Assembly (NCBI GenBank): GCA_963733295.1
Contig: CAVTCS010000003.1
Location: forward strand, 1,824,001 to 1,888,000
DNA from: Vulcanimicrobiota bacterium
Lineage (GTDB): Bacteria > Vulcanimicrobiota > Vulcanimicrobiia > Vulcanimicrobiales > Vulcanimicrobiaceae
DNA: 64,000 bases
Direction: 5' to 3'
Below, one piece after another: positions 56,497 to 64,000 of the stretch. The notes under the pieces are model-generated. The model was not told the origin of the DNA and did no database searches. It saw only the letters and a list, made by a program, of their open reading frames with translations. The position numbers and the translations under genes were made by a program. Numbering within the stretch: the first letter of the stretch is position 1; each line of letters starts with the position of its first letter.

Positions 56497-58896
56497 GTGA
56501 TCGCTCAGCGGAAGCCCACGAACCGCCCCGTCAACGTCAGCGCCACGAGCCTGGATGCATATTGGCGCGCGGCGAATTACCTCGGCGCCGCGCAACTCTA
56601 CCTACGGGACAATGTCCTGTTGGAAGAGCCTCTCTCGCCCGCTCACATCAAGCCGCGAATTCTCGGCCATTGGGGCACGCAGCCCGGAATCAACCTCATC
56701 TATGCGCACCTCAATCGCTTGATCAGCGACACCGGCGCTCAAGCGATGCTCGTCGTCGGGCCGGGCCATGGTGCGCCGGCGGTGCTTGCGAATCTATTCC
56801 TCGAGGGGACGCTCCACAGATTTGAACCGAACTTGACGTCCGATCGCGCAGGTCTGACGGCATTCGTGCGGCGTTTCTCGTGGCCCGAGGGCGCGCCAAG
56901 CCACATCACGGCGGGAACGCCTGGTGCGATTCACGAGGGCGGCGAACTGGGCTACAGTCTCTCACATGCCTTTGGCGCCGCATTCGATCATCCCGAGCTC
57001 ATCGTCGCCTGCATTGTCGGTGACGGAGAAGCGGAAACGGGACCGCTGTCAGCGTCGTGGCAATCGAACAAGTTTCTCAATCCAGCAACGTCGGGCGCGG
57101 TACTACCGATTCTGCACCTCAATGGGGTCAAACTCTCGGCGCCGACGATTATGGGCGCGATGAGCAACACCGAACTCGATCAGTACTTTCGCGGTCTAGG
57201 ATACGAGCCGTATTTCGTTAGCGTCGACGATGACGTCGCTCCGCATGCGGAACTAATTACGACCTTTGACCGGGCATATGCCGCGATCCGTGGGATCCAG
57301 CTGCGTGCTCGCGCCGCCTCGCCCGCCACCGCGCCAAAGTGGCCGATCGTCATATTGCGCAGTCCAAAAGGAATGACGGGCCCCAAGTGGCTCGACGGCG
57401 AGCGAGTCGAGGGCACTTTCCGCTCCCACGGCATTCCGATCGCGGACCCAGCCCAGAATCCGACGCATCTGCAGGCGCTCGAAACCTGGCTCCGGAGCTA
57501 CCGGCCGCACGAACTCTTCGACGACGGAATGCCTCGCCGGTGGGTCGTCGACTCGTTGCCGCCCGTACACCTGCGCATGGGTCGGAATCGCATCGCGAAT
57601 TTGGTCGACCCGATCCGCGAGCTTGCGCTCCCGAAGATCGATTCGTATGCCGTTCCGCTCGATCGGCCGGGCGCTGTGAACGCCGAAGCGACGAGCGTCT
57701 TCGGGACCTACCTGCGCGACGTGATGAAGATGAACGCGGAAGAGGCTAATTTTCGGCTCTTCAGTCCCGATGAGACGAACTCAAACAAACTCGGCGCCGT
57801 CTTCGAGGCGACCGGACGCGCCTTCGTCTGGCCGACGGATGCACCCGACTCAGGCTTTGCGCGCGATGGCCGCGTCATGGAGATCTTGAGCGAGCACACC
57901 TGCCAAGGATGGCTCGAGGGATATCTTCTCTCAGGGCGCCATGGCATCTTCACCTCATACGAAGCGTTCATCACGATCGTCGATTCCATGGCTGCGCAAT
58001 TTGCGAAGTGGCTCAAGATGAGTCGCGAAGTATCGTGGCGCCGGCTTCCCGCTTCACTAAACTATCTACTCACCTCGCATTTATGGCGACAGGACCATAA
58101 TGGCTTCTCCCATCAGAGTCCGGCGTTCATCGATGCACTGCTCAACAAGAAGAGCTCGATCGTACGAATCTATTTCCCGCCCGATGCCAACTCATTGCTT
58201 TCGGTCGGAGAGCACTGCCTGCGAAGCCACGGATACATCAACGTCATCGTCGCGCCAAAAAACCCGACGCCCCAGTGGCTGAGTCTGGAGGCCGCAAGGG
58301 TCCACTGTACGCTTGGTGCCTCGATCTGGCCTTGGGCGAGCAATGATGAATCCGGTGCTCCCCAGGTTGTGTTCGCTGCCGCGGGTGACGTACCGACGGT
58401 CGAGGCGCTTGCAGCCGTGCAGCTGTTGCGCGAGCATACGCCGGAGCTGCGCGTTCGATTTGCCAACGTGGTCGATCTGTTCACGCTCGCCGCTCCACAG
58501 GACCATCCGCATGGCCTCGATGCAACGGCGTTCGAGACCATCTTTACCGCCGATTGCCCCGTCGTCTTCGCGTACCACGGCTATCCGCGCATGGTTCACG
58601 AATTGCTGCATCACCGGCCGGCACCCGAACGATTCCATGTCCGCGGATATGAAGAAGAAGGCACGACGAGCACGCCTTTCGACGTTGTCGTGCGCAATCA
58701 CGCGAGCCGCTACCATCTCGCGATCGAGGCGCTTCGGCGGGCGACGGAGTCGCACCATGCGTCGATTCAGCCCCAGCGCTTCGATCGCGCGATCGCTCAT
58801 TTCGAAGAGATGCTCGCACGACACCGCTCGTACATCGTCGAGCATGGTGTCGATCTGCCGGAGATAGCGCAATGGCGCTGGACGCTCAGCCCGTAA
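56497..58896 (+). CDS. xfp: Phosphoketolase (xylulose-5-P/fructose-6-P)
   Basis: YWRAANYL, GHWGT, HEGGELGY, GDGEAETG, SPDET, RQDHNGFSHQ. Confidence 0.95.
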   Translation: MIAQRKPTNRPVNVSATSLDAYWRAANYLGAAQLYLRDNVLLEEPLSPAHIKPRILGHWGTQPGINLIYAHLNRLISDTGAQAMLVVGPGHGAPAVLANLFLEGTLHRFEPNLTSDRAGLTAFVRRFSWPEGAPSHITAGTPGAIHEGGELGYSLSHAFGAAFDHPELIVACIVGDGEAETGPLSASWQSNKFLNPATSGAVLPILHLNGVKLSAPTIMGAMSNTELDQYFRGLGYEPYFVSVDDDVAPHAELITTFDRAYAAIRGIQLRARAASPATAPKWPIVILRSPKGMTGPKWLDGERVEGTFRSHGIPIADPAQNPTHLQALETWLRSYRPHELFDDGMPRRWVVDSLPPVHLRMGRNRIANLVDPIRELALPKIDSYAVPLDRPGAVNAEATSVFGTYLRDVMKMNAEEANFRLFSPDETNSNKLGAVFEATGRAFVWPTDAPDSGFARDGRVMEILSEHTCQGWLEGYLLSGRHGIFTSYEAFITIVDSMAAQFAKWLKMSREVSWRRLPASLNYLLTSHLWRQDHNGFSHQSPAFIDALLNKKSSIVRIYFPPDANSLLSVGEHCLRSHGYINVIVAPKNPTPQWLSLEAARVHCTLGASIWPWASNDESGAPQVVFAAAGDVPTVEALAAVQLLREHTPELRVRFANVVDLFTLAAPQDHPHGLDATAFETIFTADCPVVFAYHGYPRMVHELLHHRPAPERFHVRGYEEEGTTSTPFDVVVRNHASRYHLAIEALRRATESHHASIQPQRFDRAIAHFEEMLARHRSYIVEHGVDLPEIAQWRWTLSP

Positions 58897-59003
58897 AGCC
58901 GCCGGGCGGCGAAGGGAATAGCTCGTCGGCGCAAGGTCGCGTCGTGCAAGTTACGACAAGCCGTTTCCCGCTGGAGATTCGCCCCGCATCGCGCAGCGGT
59001 GCG

Positions 59004-60272
59004 ATGGTCGCCAAGGGCAGGCGCGGCGTGCGCCGCTGGATGCGCACGCTCGGCCCCGGAGTCATCACGGGTGCTGCGGACGACGATCCTTCGGGCATCT
59101 CGACGTATGCAATGGCGGGCGCAGCCGCCGGCTATTCGCTACTATGGACAGCCGTCCTCACGGCACCCATGATGGCGGTGGTCGAAGGCATGTGCGCACG
59201 GATCGCGATCGTTACGCGGAAGGGTCTAACCACGGTCCTCCGCCAGCGCTTCCCACGTCCCGTCGTCGCAGGCCTCGTCCTCATTGTGGTGGTTGCCAAC
59301 ACCGCCAATCTCGGCGCCGATCTCGCCGGCATGGGGGCAGCAGCCGCACTCATCATGCCGCGCTTACCGCAGGCGATCTGGGCGCCGCTCTTCTGCGCAG
59401 CGATTCTGCTCGTTGAAACGTTTTCTTCCTATGCAGCATTTTCTCGCATCGTCAAGTGGCTCTGCTTTGCCCTCTTCGCCTACGTCGCAACGGCGCTCGT
59501 CGTGCACGTCGACTGGGGTAGCGTTCTTTTGCACGCCGTCGTTCCGCACATCGAATTCTCGCCGAGCTGGATCGCGTTACTACTTGGAGTTTTAGGAACC
59601 ACGATTACGCCATATCTGTTTTTTTGGCAATCCGCGCTCGAGGTCGAAGAGCAACAACGGGCCGCGAAGCGTGGGCTCGCGATCCGACCGCTCAAAGACG
59701 CACTGGCGGACGCGACACTCGATGTCAACACTGGGGCGGTCTACTCGAACGTCATCATGTTTTTCATCATCGTCACGACGGCCGCGACCCTGGGCGCTCA
59801 CGGCCTCACCAAGATCGCCACCGCCGCCGACGCTGCCTCGGCGCTAACGCCTCTGGCTGGGCGATTTGCCGGCGCACTGTTCGCACTTGGCTTGATCGGA
59901 GCTGGACTACTCGCCGTGCCGGTGCTTGCGGGATCCTCAGCGTATGCCCTCGTCGAGGTACTTGGTTGGAACGAAGGCCTCGACGCACGGCCGAGCGACG
60001 CGCGCGGCTTCTACGGTATTCTCGCGCTCGGTGTCGTACTTGGCCTAGCCATGCCGACGGTGTTCCACATCGATCCGATCCAGGCGCTCTTCTGGTGCGC
60101 CGTCGGCAACGGAATCGCCGCGGTACCACTTCTCGTTGCAATCACGCTCGTCGCAAACGATCGCGGCATCATGGGTCCCTTCGGCAACTCGCTTGTGGCG
60201 AACATGTGGGCTTGGTTGACGATCGCCCTCATGGGCGCATCGGCCATCGCCCTATTTATCACAAGCGTCTAG
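59004..60272 (+). CDS. NRAMP-family divalent metal transporter
   Basis: GPGVITGAADDDPSGI and GTTITPYLFFWQ motifs. Confidence 0.88.
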   Translation: MVAKGRRGVRRWMRTLGPGVITGAADDDPSGISTYAMAGAAAGYSLLWTAVLTAPMMAVVEGMCARIAIVTRKGLTTVLRQRFPRPVVAGLVLIVVVANTANLGADLAGMGAAAALIMPRLPQAIWAPLFCAAILLVETFSSYAAFSRIVKWLCFALFAYVATALVVHVDWGSVLLHAVVPHIEFSPSWIALLLGVLGTTITPYLFFWQSALEVEEQQRAAKRGLAIRPLKDALADATLDVNTGAVYSNVIMFFIIVTTAATLGAHGLTKIATAADAASALTPLAGRFAGALFALGLIGAGLLAVPVLAGSSAYALVEVLGWNEGLDARPSDARGFYGILALGVVLGLAMPTVFHIDPIQALFWCAVGNGIAAVPLLVAITLVANDRGIMGPFGNSLVANMWAWLTIALMGASAIALFITSV

Positions 60273-60317
60273 AAGATTGGGCCCTTGATGCCGCGTCGCA
60301 ATCCGTGTTTCCCGAAG

Positions 60318-61574
60318 TCAGGGCGTTCGCGGCGTGCCCTGCGCGGGGGAACTCGGTGCACGGGCCAGGCGGAGTGAGTGCTCAGCTATCATCAGTTCCT
60401 CGTCGGTTGGAATGACGGCGACGGCCACCGAACTGCTCGGGCTACTAATGAATGGTGCATTCTCGGCGTTTGCGGCGGCATCCAATTGGACGCCAAGCCA
60501 TGCCGCCCGCTCGCAGATGCGCGCGCGAACGAGCGGCGCGTTCTCTCCGATGCCGGCAGTAAAAACGAGCGCATCGAGGCCACCGGCCGCAGCGGCAAGA
60601 GATCCAAGTTCACGCTCGATGCGGTAGATGAAGAGCTCGACGGCCTCCTCGGCGGCCGCCCCTCTGCTGGCGAGAAGCTCGCGCATATCACTGCTCGAGC
60701 CACTAACGCCGAAGAGTCCGGATTCTTTCCAAAGAAGCTTCGAGATCTGCTGCGCGGTCCAACCCTGTTCGAGCAGATACAACAGCACCCCGGGGTCGAT
60801 TGTGCCGCATCGTGTCCCCATCACCAAACCGTCGAGGGAGCTAAAACCCATGGTGGTCGCGACGCTCTTGCGCCTTACCATAGCGCACATGCTCGCACCC
60901 GAGCCAAGGTGGGCAACGATAACGCGGCCCTCTGCGGCGGCTCCGATTGCGTTCGGAAGACAGCGTGCTATGTATTCGTAGGAAATGCCGTGAAAGCCGT
61001 AGCGCCGTACACCCTTTTCCCTTAACGACGCCGGCAGCGCAAACACCGTTGCAACCGAAGGCTGGTCGGCATGAAAGGCGGTGTCAAGACACGCCACTTG
61101 TGCGAGATTCGGATACAGCGTTCGGACGACGTCGATCAGCGCGAGGCTTCGCGGCTGATGCAAAGGGTCCAGCGGGACGAGACGTGTGAGTTCCTGGAAT
61201 ACGGCCGGATCGATCAGAACTGGCCGCGTGAATCGGTCGCCTCCGTGAACCACGCGATGTCCGACGACGCAAAGCGACGGAGTACGGTAAAGCTTCTCGA
61301 GACGTTTCAACGCTTCTTCCATCGCATCGCCGTGCCTCCCGCATGTGGCAAGTGGCTCATCTACGAGTCTGACGCCGCGTTCACCAACGATCGTTAGGTG
61401 TGCAGTTGCACCGATGCGCTCGATTCGTCCACGGAAGCGAGCTACGAGCGTTTCATCGTGGCTTACGTCGAAGATCGCAAACTTAACGCTCGCAGAGCCG
61501 GCATTGATCGCCATAACGCCCGAAACGGAACGCCCTGAGCGCAGGGTGTGTCGCGGCGATTCCTTCGACGGCAT
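60318..61574 (-). CDS. ackA: Acetate/propionate kinase
   Basis: INAGSASVKF, GHRVVHGG, DTAFH, YGFHGISY, FTAGIGEN, PTDEE. Confidence 0.93.
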   Translation of the reverse strand: MPSKESPRHTLRSGRSVSGVMAINAGSASVKFAIFDVSHDETLVARFRGRIERIGATAHLTIVGERGVRLVDEPLATCGRHGDAMEEALKRLEKLYRTPSLCVVGHRVVHGGDRFTRPVLIDPAVFQELTRLVPLDPLHQPRSLALIDVVRTLYPNLAQVACLDTAFHADQPSVATVFALPASLREKGVRRYGFHGISYEYIARCLPNAIGAAAEGRVIVAHLGSGASMCAMVRRKSVATTMGFSSLDGLVMGTRCGTIDPGVLLYLLEQGWTAQQISKLLWKESGLFGVSGSSSDMRELLASRGAAAEEAVELFIYRIERELGSLAAAAGGLDALVFTAGIGENAPLVRARICERAAWLGVQLDAAANAENAPFISSPSSSVAVAVIPTDEELMIAEHSLRLARAPSSPAQGTPRTP

Positions 61575-61670
61575 TCAGCCGAGGTGACTGGTTGCGATGG
61601 GTTTTTGCAGGGCTAACCTTTGCATTGTTTTGATAACACTATCAGGGTTGAGGCTGATCGAGTCGATGCG
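61575..61670 (-). pseudogene. Remnant of the PEP synthase (ppsA) 3' end
   Basis: Encodes RIDSISLNPDSVIKT, matching the PpsA C-terminal GIDSISLNPD motif. Stop abuts the ackA start. Confidence 0.5.
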
Positions 61671-62429
61671 AAAATCCCAAGAACGCCGATGCCATGAATC
61701 CGTCGCCAATCTGAACCGCAATTTCGGTTTTGGCGGTCCGCAGCTGAGAACATCTCCACTCCCTTGACTCACGATATTTGCCGGACGAGAAAGCCTTGAA
61801 AAGCCTTCGCGTCGTGACGGCCGAAGTCTTGGACTCAGTATTCAACGACGGGAGAGAGGCGCATGCGCGTGATCTTTTTGGGCGTCAATGAGGTTGCTGA
61901 TTTCGGCTTGCGTGAGAGGTTCGTCCGCGTAGGCACCTTTCGCACGACGCTGGTAGATCGCGGTCAAGGTGTCCAAGGGAAGGCTCCTTTAGGCACGATC
62001 CTACGTCGCAGTTATCTGGAACGTGAGAAGAGACCGTGAAGAACGTCCCGCCACGCCAGTGCGGAAGCAACCTCCAAGGGCTTTTTCTTATATTGCCGGT
62101 CCGTCCGTCGAGCGCGAGATATATCACGCGAAACCTTCACCGTGATCTGATCGCGCGGCACCGCAATCGGACCGGCCGCTTGAGAACGTCTGTACCGTTA
62201 GGCTCGCTCACAGGTTCTTCCTTAAGCCTTCTTCTCGCGGCGATATGCTCGCCCGAGGTGCAGCGGATTCGCGGCACCCGTCAGCTGGCGCTCCTGCCGG
62301 CCGACATGGAAGACAGTGGTACGAACGATGACGACGATTTCCGAACACATGGTTGTTGACTGCCCTCCGTCGCTTGCGCTAGGTGCGCTCGAGCGCTATA
62401 TCGATGTCACGAGGAGTTAGTGCTTTCTC

Positions 62430-63635
62430 ATGATCACGCCACGTAACGAACGCTCGGCTACTTTGGCCCTGGTCCTCTCGACCATTGCGTTCACGGTGTG
62501 CTTCTACGGTTGGACGCTCTTCGGACCACTCGCACCTAGTCTGCAGAAGTCACTCGGACTCAGCGAACTGCAGATCGGATGGCTCGTGGCGATCCCAGTT
62601 GTCCTCGGATCGCTTATGCGCATCCCACTAGGTTTCTTGAGTCAGCGCTTCGGAGGCCGCGTGGTCTTCATCGGGCTGATGGCAGTCGTCGTCTTGCCGC
62701 TGCTTGCGATCGCTGTCTGGCACGCATCGTATGCAGCGCTGCTGACGTTCGGGTTCTTGATCGGCGTCTCCGGCGCGTCGTTCGCCGTGGGCGTTCCTTT
62801 CGTAAACGACTGGTATCCGCCGGAACGCCGGGGCTTTGCGCTCGGTATCTACGGTATGGGCACGGGCGGCACGGTCATCGCCGGACTGACGGCACCGCTG
62901 CTCGCAAGCACGTACGGAATTGCGGCGCCGTTCATCTTGGCCGCCGTGCTGATCGGCGCGATGGCCGTCGTTTTCGCACTCGTTGGACGTAACGCTCCAA
63001 ACTTTGTGCCTTCGACGGGGGGTATCTTCGCTGCCTTCGATGTCTTTCGCACGAGCTTCCGCGCGTGGGCGCTGACGCTGATGTACTTCGTGACGTTTGG
63101 CGGCTTCGTTGCAATGTTCTTATACCTACCGCGCATTTTAGCGAGCGTTTACGAGCTCTCGAAACCGGATGCCGGTGCCCGCGCGGCCGGCTTCGCGCTC
63201 CTCGCCGTCGTCGCGCGCCCGATCGGCGGCATGCTCGCCGATCGCTATGGGGCAGAGCGGGTGCTGGGTTTCTCCCTGGTATGGGTAGCGGCCACAGGCG
63301 CGCTGCTCAGCGCCACCTACACGTACATGATACCCTTCACGATATGCTGCTTGACGCTGGCCGTCGCGCTGGGCGCCGGCTCCGGCGCGATTTTCAAGAT
63401 CGTCGGAACCGAATTCCCGACGAGCGTCGGTGCCGTCACGGGCGTCGTCGGTGCCGCGGGGGGTCTCGGCGGCTTCTTTCCGCCGATCGTTATGGGCGTT
63501 ACAAAGACGCTTACGGGGGCTTATTCCCTCGGCTTCGCCTTGCTCGGCGTCGTAGCCGCGGCGAGTTTGGCGTTGCTCTTACCGGGGCGCTCCGAGCGAT
63601 CGAGCAAGATCGAGGGGCGGGGGCACGCGTCATAG
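62430..63635 (+). CDS. narK: NarK/NasA-family nitrate/nitrite MFS transporter
   Basis: PVVLGSLMRIPLG, GASFAVG, WYP, YFVTFGGF, GVVGAAGGLGGFFPP. Confidence 0.85.
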   Translation: MITPRNERSATLALVLSTIAFTVCFYGWTLFGPLAPSLQKSLGLSELQIGWLVAIPVVLGSLMRIPLGFLSQRFGGRVVFIGLMAVVVLPLLAIAVWHASYAALLTFGFLIGVSGASFAVGVPFVNDWYPPERRGFALGIYGMGTGGTVIAGLTAPLLASTYGIAAPFILAAVLIGAMAVVFALVGRNAPNFVPSTGGIFAAFDVFRTSFRAWALTLMYFVTFGGFVAMFLYLPRILASVYELSKPDAGARAAGFALLAVVARPIGGMLADRYGAERVLGFSLVWVAATGALLSATYTYMIPFTICCLTLAVALGAGSGAIFKIVGTEFPTSVGAVTGVVGAAGGLGGFFPPIVMGVTKTLTGAYSLGFALLGVVAAASLALLLPGRSERSSKIEGRGHAS

Positions 63636-63719
63636 CGATCCCTTTTTCCGGGACCTTAGGTCCGACCTCGCACCCTTGCAGCACGCCGAGGCGCTCGCAG
63701 TTCCTTGGTCCACCCGATT

Positions 63720-64000
63720 TTACCGCTGGACATCGCTCGCCTGTCGCCCACTCTTGTGAACGATTCGAATGCGATACGCCAGACCGGGCCCTCCAACGCG
63801 TGAGACGTACGTTTGCTCCGCGGCATCGCTCAGCTCGTCAGCGCGCGCGATGGTGCGAAGACGATCTCCAATTCGCCCTACCGCATCGATGGCGCGCGCC
63901 CCCTCCAAAAGCTCGAAGTCGCCCAAAGCGACGGCGCAAATCCAGTTTGTCGCGTTTGATATGCGATCAACTTCGACACAGACGCGTGGATGGACGCCCA
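63720..64000 (-). CDS. Pyridoxamine 5'-phosphate oxidase-family (flavin-binding) protein, 3' part
   Basis: Manual in-frame extension gives HPRVCVEVDRISNATNW...GDFELL...YRIRIVHKSGR. Confidence 0.7.
   Translation of the reverse strand, partial: GVHPRVCVEVDRISNATNWICAVALGDFELLEGARAIDAVGRIGDRLRTIARADELSDAAEQTYVSRVGGPGLAYRIRIVHKSGRQASDVQR

Noticed and set aside
61630..61645. FNR-like TTGAT...ATCAG
   Set aside because: The spacing is 6 rather than 4, and it lies inside the ppsA remnant.

Overview
GC-rich bacterial chromosomal window. The protein style suggests Eremiobacterota/Vulcanimicrobiota, but this is inference only. I recognised no rRNA, tRNA, CRISPR array or transposase. Left part (1-29.5 kb): a candidate undescribed, co-regulated system. 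It contains an operon of at least four paralogous, signal-peptide-less, beta-rich large proteins (1-7.4 kb, running off the window), two operons each headed by a duplicated lytic transglycosylase (carrying an M15 peptidase, alpha/beta hydrolases, an S8 subtilase and membrane proteins) and a zinc metalloprotease. All four transcription units share a promoter motif GGACG-N6-GGAC-N10/11-TAnnAT with SARP/OmpR-like geometry. A nitrilase-tldD-tldE block and an AT-richer regulator pair (winged helix and MalT/LuxR) lie between them. Middle part: a Cyc2-like cytochrome-porin with a cupredoxin, a liv-type ABC operon preceded by a ~185-nt highly structured candidate riboswitch/ncRNA, an ArsB-family transporter and a ResB-like/OppA fusion beside a TlpA. 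Right part (48.7-64 kb): a second Cyc2-like protein with a triheme cytochrome c, two-component parts including a stand-alone HisKA peptide, and a hypoxia/fermentation-type cluster (USP, xfp, NRAMP, ackA, ppsA remnant, NarK, PNPOx-like). Three single-base frameshifts may be assembly errors.
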